This document shows, piece by piece, positions 33,005-39,923 of a stretch of 39,923 nt of DNA. Within the stretch, counting starts at the first letter, position 1; every line of letters starts with the position of its first letter. Source of the DNA: Minisyncoccota bacterium (GTDB lineage: Bacteria > Patescibacteriota > Minisyncoccia > Phycocordibacterales > SBAW01); NCBI GenBank assembly GCA_035997465.1, contig DASYIO010000122.1, positions 1-39,923 of the forward strand, given 5' to 3'. Below the pieces are notes generated by a model. That model was not told where the DNA came from, did not search any database, and was given only the letters and a program-made list of their open reading frames with translations. The translations under genes were made by a program, and so were the position numbers.

Positions 33005-34096
33005 CTATATTTTACTCTCCGTCGAGTCGTCGCTAGATGCGGCGACTTTTTTAGTTTCGGCGCCGTCTTTAAATGCTTTGCGGATGTCGGCCAGTAGGGC
33101 ATTGGCTACTTTTTTATTCTCGCGCAGATAGGTACGGGATGCGTCGTAGCCGCGGCCAAGCTTCTCCTCGCCATAGCTGTACGAGCTGCCGGACTTTTGT
33201 ACGATGCCGTATTTTTCGCCCAAGGCCAATAGCTCGCCCTCTTTAGACACACCCTCGTTGTACATGAGGTCAAACTCGGTGGTGCGGAAGGGGGCTGCGA
33301 CTTTGTTCTTGACCACCTTAATGCGATGGCGTCCGCCCACGACCTCCTCGCCTTTTTTAATCTGCGCAATGCGGCGGATGTCCAAGCGGACGCTGGTGTA
33401 AAACTTAAGCGCCTTACCGCCGGTCGTTGTCTCGGGGTTGCCGAACATCACGCCTATCTGCATGCGGATCTGGTTTATAAATATGACGATGGTTTTGGAC
33501 TTAGACACTATAGCCGTGAGCTTGCGCAGCGCTTGCGACATAAGGCGCGCTTGTTTGCCCACTTGGTAGGAGCCCATGTCGGCCTCTATCTCGTCTTTGG
33601 GCGTAAGTGCCGCAACCGAGTCCACAACAATAATGTCGACCTTGCCCGAGCGCACCAGCGACTCGACTATTTCGAGCGCCTGCTCGCCCGAGTCGGGCTG
33701 GCTTACCAAAAGCTCGTCGAGCTTAACGCCAATTTTGCGCGCGTACTCCGGGTCCAAAGCGTGCTCGGCGTCGATAAACGCGCAGATACCGCCCTTTTTT
33801 TGTGCCTCGGCAATGGCATGCAAGGACAGCGTTGTTTTGCCCGATGACTCTGGGCCAAAAATCTCGAGTATGCGGCCGCGCGGGTAGCCGCCTATGCCAA
33901 GCGCCCAGTCGAGCCCTATTGAGCCCGAAGGTATAACATCGACGTTAACTTTTGGGGCTTCGCCTAGCATCATAATGCTCTCGTCGCCGAACTTGGTTTT
34001 GATGGCCCGCAAGGCAGCGTCGATAGCCGTGCTGTCTTTTTTATTTTCTTGCGGGGAGATCTTTTCTGCTTTTTCTTTACCTTTTTTGAATGCCAT
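33005..34096 (-). CDS. recA: Recombinase RecA
   Basis: [17 protein letters not shown] (Walker A), [24 protein letters not shown] (Walker B), [15 protein letters not shown], and an acidic C-tail. Confidence 0.97.
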   Translation of the reverse strand: MAFKKGKEKAEKISPQENKKDSTAIDAALRAIKTKFGDESIMMLGEAPKVNVDVIPSGSIGLDWALGIGGYPRGRILEIFGPESSGKTTLSLHAIAEAQKKGGICAFIDAEHALDPEYARKIGVKLDELLVSQPDSGEQALEIVESLVRSGKVDIIVVDSVAALTPKDEIEADMGSYQVGKQARLMSQALRKLTAIVSKSKTIVIFINQIRMQIGVMFGNPETTTGGKALKFYTSVRLDIRRIAQIKKGEEVVGGRHRIKVVKNKVAAPFRTTEFDLMYNEGVSKEGELLALGEKYGIVQKSGSSYSYGEEKLGRGYDASRTYLRENKKVANALLADIRKAFKDGAETKKVAASSDDSTESKI

Positions 34097-34171
34097 ATGG
34101 ATGAATTGATATAAGAGTTAAGAGGCACGATCTAACATTCTTGACTCATGTTTCTTGGCTCATAATTTTAT

Positions 34172-34510
34172 TTAAATAGGGCAATACGTTAATACATTGA
34201 ACGAAATCGACACCTGTGCCCGGCGGCCAAAACGGTCCGTGGCTCGGGCTACGACGATAGTATACCCTGGGGGTGGGGAATATCGGTACACAAATTTGCC
34301 CGCCTCATCTGTGTAAAAAGGCTTGTCGTTTATGCTCAAAAACGAGATGTTTTGGGCTGTCCCCACAATGGTGACAACCGAGCTTGATGTGGCGGTGCCG
34401 TCTATGGGGGAGTCTATGGCAAGCTCGGGCCCGCTAATTATCCTGCGCGCCTCAAAGAGCCCGTAGCCGAGCACCACCAAAATTGCGGCAATAATAGCAA
34501 AGCGCTTCAC
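34172..34510 (-). CDS. Small membrane-anchored protein with an Ig-like/beta-sandwich ectodomain (hypothetical)
   Basis: GTG start and N-terminal TM (FAIIAAILVVLGYGLF), then a beta-rich stretch (IDSPIDGTATSSSVVTIVGTAQN...). It lies 13 nt after ftsK, so it is probably co-transcribed. Confidence 0.5.
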   Translation of the reverse strand: MKRFAIIAAILVVLGYGLFEARRIISGPELAIDSPIDGTATSSSVVTIVGTAQNISFLSINDKPFYTDEAGKFVYRYSPPPGYTIVVARATDRFGRRAQVSISFNVLTYCPI

Positions 34511-34523
34511 CTCGCCAGTATAC

Positions 34524-36755
34524 CTACATCGTCTCGTCGCTAGAAGGGCCAGGGCCGGCAGGGGCGCCGCCTTTTTCTAACACTTCGCGGGGTTTGGCTC
34601 CGTCGCCCGGGCCTATGACACCGCGCTCCTCCAAAATATCTATCATGCGGGCAGCACGAGCATAGCCGATGCGCAGCTTGCGCTGCAAGTAACTTGTAGA
34701 CGCTTTGCCGGCCTCCAGCACAGCGGCGCGCGCTTGCTGGTACATGTCGTCATCAATCTCATCATCGTCGCCAAAGCCGCTTCCGGATGAGGAGCCGCCG
34801 GATGTCGCCGAGCCCAGGCCAACGCCGTCGTTGCCTCGCTCGGCGGGGACAATGTCGATCGGCACCTCGGCCTCGTTGTGGTTGGCAATAAAGTCGACTA
34901 TCGACTTAACCTCGCCCTCGCTTATAAACGCGTTTTGCAAGCGCACAGGCTTGTTCATGTCGGCACTTAGGTAGAGCATGTCGCCGGCGCCCAACAGTGT
35001 CTCGGCGCCGCCCTGGTCGAGTATGGTGCGCGAGTCTATTTGACTGGCGACCTGGAGTGCTATGCGCGCCGGGACGTTAGCCTTAATAAGGCCGGTAATA
35101 ACGTTGACTGAGGGGCGCTGGGTGGAGAGTATTAGGTGTATGCCCACCGCACGGCTCATCTGGGCCAAGCGCACAATAGAGGCTTCGAGCTCGCGAGGGT
35201 AGCTTTGCATAATGTCAGCCAGCTCGTCGATGACAATGACGATGTAGGGCATGGCCTCGGGTATTTTTTTACCTTCTTCTAGGGCACCGTCTTTTTTAAT
35301 TTCCTCTAGCGCAGGCGCTAAAATAGTTGTGTGGTATGACTCGACATCGCGCACGCGGTTTTCCTCCAATATGTTGTAGCGGCGCTCCATTTCTTTGCCG
35401 GCCCAGCGCAACGCCATGATGGCTTTTTTAGCATCGGTAATGACGGGCGTTAAAAGGTGGGGGAGCGAGCGGTACAAAGTTAGCTCGACGCGCTTTGGGT
35501 CGATAAATATAAATCGCAGCTGCGATGGCCCGCAGCGATACAGGAGCGACGTAATAATAGTGTGTATAGCGACCGATTTGCCCGAGCCGGTAGCGCCTGC
35601 AATGAGCGCGTGCGGCATTTTGGCTACGTTGGCAAACAACGAGCCTCCGGCAATGTCGCGGCCAAGGCCTACCAACAAGGGCTTAGGGCTGTCGCCAAAC
35701 TCGGGCGACTCAAGCAGGGTGCCAAGCCCCACGGTTACTTTGGCCGAGTTAGGGACCTCGATGCCCACCAAGGCCTTGCCCGGTATTGGCGCCTCGATGC
35801 GGATGCCGCCCTTGGCTGCCAAAGCAAGTGCTAGGTTTTGCTGCAGAGCGACGATTTTAGACAAGCGTACGCCCTCGGCCGGTTTTATAGCGTAGCGGGT
35901 TACAGACGGGCCGATTGAAATTTCGTCGAGTTCGACCTGTATGCCAAAGTTTTGCAGCGTGCGCTTAATGATGTTGGCGTTGCCCTTAATGTCGCCCACA
36001 CCCGGGCGGCCTTTGTCACGCTCAAGCAGTGAGAGCGGCGGGGGAGTATAGGTACCCAAAAGGGACTTTAAAGACAATGCGGCCGCTTTGGCCTGGAGTG
36101 CGCTTGTGTCGACCTTTGGTATGGCGGCGCGTGCCGCAGCCGGCTCGTACGGCTCGTCCTTCTCCTGTGTTGGCTCTTTGCCACGAGCTTCCTCAAGGCT
36201 CGGCTCGCTAAAGCCGGTTATGGTGGGCTCGAGCGGATCTTTTTTCCTAAAGAGTCCGGCGACCAAGTTCCACGCGCCTACAAATGGGTCCAAACTGATG
36301 CGGCCTTCGAGCAACAACAAAAGTGATATAAGAAGGAGCCCGCCTAGGCCGATGAGCGCCGCGTATATATCAAAGTATGCAACCGCAGGCCCGGCTATGG
36401 CTTGCCCAAAGTAGCCGCCGCGGCCCGATACTATTTGTATAAACCCGAGCCCGGCCACCAAAAACACGATGCTCGATACGAACTTAAGCCAGCTTATGGC
36501 CGGGCGCTCTTTTTGCAATGCGGCCCCGCCGAGCATAAAAAACAGCACAGGCACCAAAAAGTAACCAACCCCCAAAAGATTGCCAAACAGTATGTAGGCA
36601 TCGCTGCCGGCCGGCCCGGCGGCGCCAAAGCCCGCCAACGTGAGCACCGCGCCCACAATAATAAGCAGCACTGCGGCTACGGCTTTTAGCGTTTCCCCGG
36701 GCACGCTTTTAAGCGGATTTAATCCGCCTTGTGGCTTGCCGCTTTTCTTTGCCAT
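34524..36755 (-). CDS. ftsK: DNA translocase FtsK/SpoIIIE
   Basis: 4-5 N-terminal TM segments, a linker, a motor domain with HALIAGATGSGKSV (Walker A) and IVIVIDELADIM (Walker B), and a C-terminal gamma wHTH (ASTSYLQRKLRIGYARAARMIDILEERGVIG). Confidence 0.95.
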   Translation of the reverse strand: MAKKSGKPQGGLNPLKSVPGETLKAVAAVLLIIVGAVLTLAGFGAAGPAGSDAYILFGNLLGVGYFLVPVLFFMLGGAALQKERPAISWLKFVSSIVFLVAGLGFIQIVSGRGGYFGQAIAGPAVAYFDIYAALIGLGGLLLISLLLLLEGRISLDPFVGAWNLVAGLFRKKDPLEPTITGFSEPSLEEARGKEPTQEKDEPYEPAAARAAIPKVDTSALQAKAAALSLKSLLGTYTPPPLSLLERDKGRPGVGDIKGNANIIKRTLQNFGIQVELDEISIGPSVTRYAIKPAEGVRLSKIVALQQNLALALAAKGGIRIEAPIPGKALVGIEVPNSAKVTVGLGTLLESPEFGDSPKPLLVGLGRDIAGGSLFANVAKMPHALIAGATGSGKSVAIHTIITSLLYRCGPSQLRFIFIDPKRVELTLYRSLPHLLTPVITDAKKAIMALRWAGKEMERRYNILEENRVRDVESYHTTILAPALEEIKKDGALEEGKKIPEAMPYIVIVIDELADIMQSYPRELEASIVRLAQMSRAVGIHLILSTQRPSVNVITGLIKANVPARIALQVASQIDSRTILDQGGAETLLGAGDMLYLSADMNKPVRLQNAFISEGEVKSIVDFIANHNEAEVPIDIVPAERGNDGVGLGSATSGGSSSGSGFGDDDEIDDDMYQQARAAVLEAGKASTSYLQRKLRIGYARAARMIDILEERGVIGPGDGAKPREVLEKGGAPAGPGPSSDETM

Positions 36756-36829
36756 GATTTGGAAATAATAACACGCTAACCGCTAGCTTGTGCTCGCGGG
36801 GCTAGTTGATACACTCAAGGTCACAGGAC

Positions 36830-36871
36830 GTCTTATAGTGTCTCTGAATATTGTAAGAGACAATAAAAGAC
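36830..36871 (+). promoter_or_regulatory. Long imperfect inverted repeat upstream of the wHTH gene (candidate operator)
   Basis: GTCTTATAG-TGTCTCT-(10 nt)-AGAGACA-ATAAAAGAC, 27-68 nt upstream of the ATG at 36898. The blocks recur inside the gene at 37356-37410. Confidence 0.4.
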
Positions 36872-36897
36872 ATGCCAGTAAACTAAAGGACAATACT

Positions 36898-37617
36898 ATG
36901 CCAGACAAAAGGTCAAAATTTCATGAATTTGCTTTGAAATCAATCCTTTTTAAAGGACGCGAGGACTGGTATTTTTGCTATCTTAAGGCCGAAAAGATAG
37001 CCCATGTCATGGCCGTTTTGGAGCGCAGCGCACCCATGCCCGCGGGCCTGCGTGTCCAAGAGATAGCGACTCGCGCCGCGGCACTGCCCGGCGATGTGGC
37101 CCACCTGGCGGCCGGTGAGGTAGAGGCAACGGTAGTGTTGGCCGACATATTTTCCTTGCTTTCGGCGGTGCGTTTAGCTGCGACAGAAAGCTTGATACAC
37201 AAGGAGACTGCGGCAATATTGGAGAGCGAATACGAGGCCGTTGCCGAGCGCCTTATGGCGGGCAGCCACCCCTCGCCGTTTGTCAGTGCCGAGGACTTTC
37301 ATATACCGCAATTATCTTTGGACTCGGGCCGAGGCTCTATATCGGACACGGGAATGTCTCATAGTGTCTTTGACCGTCCTATACATAAAGACATGCTTAA
37401 AGGACAATACGAGGCCGGCCCTAAAGGGCACTCGGAGCGCACAGAGCGCATATTGGAGTTTATCCGCAAACAAAAGAGCGCATCTATTAAGGATATAGCC
37501 GCTACTATTAAAGGATGCAGCGAAAAGACCATACAGCGAGAGCTTGCCGGTCTTATACAAGAGGGCTTGGTGCGCAGGGTAGGCGAGCGCCGTTGGAGCC
37601 AGTACCTGCCAGTTTAA
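36898..37617 (+). CDS. Putative transcriptional regulator with a helical N-domain and a C-terminal winged-helix (DeoR/ArsR-like) domain
   Basis: The C-terminus (RILEFIRKQKSASIKDIAATIKGCSEKTIQRELAGLIQEGLVRRVGERRWSQY) is a clear wHTH. The ATG at 36898 is preferred over the listed GTG at 36790, whose extension is encoded by the inverted repeat. Confidence 0.6.
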   Translation: MPDKRSKFHEFALKSILFKGREDWYFCYLKAEKIAHVMAVLERSAPMPAGLRVQEIATRAAALPGDVAHLAAGEVEATVVLADIFSLLSAVRLAATESLIHKETAAILESEYEAVAERLMAGSHPSPFVSAEDFHIPQLSLDSGRGSISDTGMSHSVFDRPIHKDMLKGQYEAGPKGHSERTERILEFIRKQKSASIKDIAATIKGCSEKTIQRELAGLIQEGLVRRVGERRWSQYLPV

Positions 37618-37765
37618 GCGGCGGTTTTAAGCACCTTTTTAGGCCTTTTGGCAAGAGTACATAAGGACACAAAACCGTGGTTTGTCTATTGCCTCGAGGT
37701 CCCGCTTGGTGTACCCTGGCCCTGTCCTGGGGATGAACTATTTTAGCGTTGTCCACAGGGCTTTT

Positions 37766-37793
37766 TTGCGACCTCTCCGTGCTCGGCTATACT
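37766..37793 (+). promoter_or_regulatory. Candidate promoter of the surface-protein gene (would give a ~205 nt 5' UTR)
   Basis: TTGCGA, 16 nt spacer, TATACT. The UTR contains CTGGC-GAAA-GCCAG (37920-37933) and GTAGAAC-AT-GTTCTAC (37936-37951). Confidence 0.3.
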
Positions 37794-38003
37794 ACTGAGT
37801 AACCCTGGCACATAGGGGGCACGTTCGTTGACAATTGCTTTGCATACATACTCCTGAACTCCTTGTCCCGCTTACGGAAAGATTACGCCTGAAACTCCGT
37901 CTACTACTTTGCTACCAACCTGGCGAAAGCCAGCGGTAGAACATGTTCTACGGTTCGGTTCGATTACTCGTGTTTAACAGTAATTATTCGTTTGTAGTAA
38001 CTT

Positions 38004-39923
38004 ATGTCTACTCTTACTAACAGTTCGACTCGCCTCGCTGCGCTCGTCGCAGGCGTTGCAGTTGCACTCGCTCTTATGAGCGCAGTTGCAGTTGCTCCGG
38101 CACAAGCTGCAGGACTTTCGTCCACGCAGGTGCAGGCAATCGTTACCTTGCTCGCATCGTTTGGTGCTGACTCGGCTACGATCGCAAATGTCACCGCGGC
38201 CCTTAACGGCCAGGCGACTACGGGTACTGGCTCCGGCTCTGCTGGCGCTTGCCCGGTTCTCTCACGTTCGCTTTCGTTGGGCGCAACTGGCGCAGACGTC
38301 AAGTCTCTTCAGATGTTCCTCAACGCTTCTGCTAACACCCGTGTTGCTGTATCCGGCGCAGGCTCTCCTGGTTTGGAGACCACCTACTTCGGTCCGGCTA
38401 CTCAGTCGGCAGTAGTTAAGTTCCAGGCTGCTAACAACGTCTCCGCTATCGGCGTCGTTGGTCCTGCAACCCGCGCAGCTATCGCAGCAGTCTGCGGTAC
38501 TACGGGCACTGGTACCGGCACCGGTACTGGTACGGGCACTGGCACTGTAGTCCTCCAGGGTGGCGAGGGTTCGCTCGATGAAATCGACAACACCTCTTCT
38601 AACCTCGAGTCCACAGTCCGCGAGGGCGAGACTCAGAATGTCTACGGAGTTCAGGCTAAGGCCAAAGACTCTGACGTCATGATCGAGCGTGTTGACGTTG
38701 ACTTTACCCGCTCTGACACCACTCCTGGCGCAAGCTCTTCTCACCTTGATGACTATGTCTCCAAGGTAAGCTTGAACCTTGACGGCAAAGAGCTCGCTTC
38801 TATGGATGTCGACTCGGCAGACGAGAACGACAAGGCCACTGGCGACTTCGACAACACTGCAGACACCGGCGACAGCAAGGTTTACTCTTTCCGCTTCTCT
38901 GGTCTTAAGGGAGTGATAAAGGAGGACGACCTCGCTCGCTTGTACGTATCTGTTAAGGCTGTCAGCAACGTCGACTCTGACGATGCAGGCAAGACTTGGT
39001 ACGTCCACATCCCGGTAGACGGCATCCGCGCCGTTGACGGTGCTGGTATCTCTGACACCTACGGTACTGACTCTGAGCTCGACGATGATACGTTCTCAGT
39101 CGAAAAGGCTGAGTCCGGCGACCTTAACCTCACTGCAAACGGCAGCGACAACGAGGACCGCGTAATCACTGTCAGCGCAGACAATGACACTAACGGTGAG
39201 GAGGTAATGGCCTTCAACCTTAAGTCTCAGACCTCTGACAACAACATCTCGGAGATCCGCGTAAACCTCGCAACCACCACTTCTACTTCGACTATGCTCT
39301 CTTCTGCTATCAACCAGTTGCACCTCTTCCAGGGCTCCAAGGAGATCGCAAGCGCAGACATCGAGGGCAGCATGGGTGACGAGCACGCTATCTTCGACAA
39401 CCTCGACGTGGACATCAATGAGGACAGCGACGTTGACTTTACCGTCAAGGCTGACTTCAACGACAACGCTGACGAGCGCAATGGTCTCGCATTCCAGGCT
39501 TCTATCCCGGGTTCCGGTATCGAGGCTGAGGACGGCGAGCAGGATGATGTAACCATCGGTAACACTGTTACCGGCGGCGAAATCGAGCTCCGCACTACGG
39601 GCATCACGGCGGTCTTTAAGAGCGCTGATGAGGTTCGCAGCAACGGTTCTCTCGCAGGTGACGCTGACGCAGTTGACTTCACCATCAAGTTCAGCGTAAC
39701 TGCTGTAGGCGATGACGATGTCTTCCTCGACGGCGACGTCCTCCAGGGCGTTGTGGCTCCGACCACCGCGACCGACGGTTTGACGTGGGCAACCACGACT
39801 GACTCGAGCACTGGTACTTCCAGCTACACCGGTATCCTTACCGCTGATGATGGTTACCAGAGCGGCGACGACACCAACAACGCAGGCGACAAGCGCTTCA
39901 AGATCGAGTCCGGTGCGACCAGG
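38004..39923 (+). CDS. Secreted cell-surface (S-layer-like) protein: signal peptide, PG_binding_1-like domain, Thr-Gly linker, and acidic beta-rich repeats. The 3' end runs off the window.
   Basis: Not in the ORF track because no stop is reached. My translation from the ATG at 38004 stays open for 640 codons to 39923. It begins MSTLTNSSTRLAALVAGVAVALALMSAVAVAPAQA/AG. The peptidoglycan-binding-like segment is CPVLSRSLSLGATGADVKSLQMFLN...TYFGPATQSAVVKFQAANNVSAIGVVGPATRAAI. Then come GTTGTGTGTGTGTGTGT and D/T/S/N/G-rich modules. Third-position bias is strong (GCT/GGT/ACT/TCT/GAC/AAC/CTC), unlike neighbouring genes. Confidence 0.8.
   Translation, partial: MSTLTNSSTRLAALVAGVAVALALMSAVAVAPAQAAGLSSTQVQAIVTLLASFGADSATIANVTAALNGQATTGTGSGSAGACPVLSRSLSLGATGADVKSLQMFLNASANTRVAVSGAGSPGLETTYFGPATQSAVVKFQAANNVSAIGVVGPATRAAIAAVCGTTGTGTGTGTGTGTGTVVLQGGEGSLDEIDNTSSNLESTVREGETQNVYGVQAKAKDSDVMIERVDVDFTRSDTTPGASSSHLDDYVSKVSLNLDGKELASMDVDSADENDKATGDFDNTADTGDSKVYSFRFSGLKGVIKEDDLARLYVSVKAVSNVDSDDAGKTWYVHIPVDGIRAVDGAGISDTYGTDSELDDDTFSVEKAESGDLNLTANGSDNEDRVITVSADNDTNGEEVMAFNLKSQTSDNNISEIRVNLATTTSTSTMLSSAINQLHLFQGSKEIASADIEGSMGDEHAIFDNLDVDINEDSDVDFTVKADFNDNADERNGLAFQASIPGSGIEAEDGEQDDVTIGNTVTGGEIELRTTGITAVFKSADEVRSNGSLAGDADAVDFTIKFSVTAVGDDDVFLDGDVLQGVVAPTTATDGLTWATTTDSSTGTSSYTGILTADDGYQSGDDTNNAGDKRFKIESGATR
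38496..38546 (+). repeat. Imperfect hexanucleotide (GGY ACN) tract encoding the (Gly-Thr)n linker
   Basis: The tract reads ggtactacgggcactggtaccggcaccggtactggtacgggcactggcact. Confidence 0.8.

Noticed and set aside
37936-37951. GTAGAACATGTTCTAC palindrome as a LexA (Cheo-type GAAC-N4-GTTC) SOS box
   Set aside because: The half-site spacing is N2 rather than N4. It lies in the 5' UTR of a surface-protein gene rather than near recA, and no similar box occurs upstream of recA (34097-34171).
38496-38546. Short tandem repeats as a CRISPR array or phase-variation switch
   Set aside because: The repeat unit is 6 nt, in frame and imperfect (synonymous variation), and it encodes a Gly-Thr linker. 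There are no spacers and no cas genes. At most it gives length polymorphism, not on/off switching.
38262-39811. Minus-strand ORFs 38262..39008 and 39227..39811 (248 and 194 aa), plus +38086..38415
   Set aside because: They overlap the 640-codon open + strand frame, which has a signal peptide, a PG-binding-like domain and strong codon bias. The antisense translations are Ser/Val/Arg-rich with no features.

Overview
The window is a gene-dense stretch of housekeeping chromosome, mostly on the + strand. My inference is that it comes from a small-genome Patescibacteria/CPR (Parcubacteria-like) bacterium. The reasons are short spacers, start codons that mostly lack a Shine-Dalgarno (SD) sequence, rplK with no rplA after it, rpsF-ssb-rpsR with no rplI after it, and CPR-style surface proteins.

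Recognisable content:
- Four aminoacyl-tRNA synthetase genes (argS, ileS, glyQS, metG).
- Ribosomal protein genes rplS, rplK, rpsF and rpsR.
- secE-nusG, recA, recO, ftsK, ssb, efp, glyA, folA, a dCMP deaminase, cfa and tatD.
- An ECF sigma factor, several transporters (CaCA, MscL, AI-2E, MFS), and tRNA-Leu(GAG) and tRNA-His(GTG).

Three genes are missing from or truncated in the ORF track. secE (56 codons) is too short to be listed. The PLP enzyme is cut by the 5' window edge. A large secreted surface-layer-like gene (38004 to the window end) has no stop codon in the window.

Most interesting observations:
1. ileS carries a ~170-codon insertion that has every catalytic motif of a histidine phosphatase (PGAM family), and its HIGH motif reads HSGS.
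2. A terminator-bounded accessory module (26.9-29.7 kb) holds three small minus-strand genes, each preceded by a copy of the same GC-rich motif. It also holds a divergent TrmB-like regulator and a SAM methyltransferase.
3. argS is interrupted by a single in-frame TAG.
4. A ~380 nt unit bounded by a promoter and a terminator between cfa and recA looks like an unclassified structured RNA.
5. An SD-bearing folA / unknown / dCMP-deaminase block sits where rplA would normally follow rplK.

I saw no CRISPR array, rRNA or obvious mobile element.
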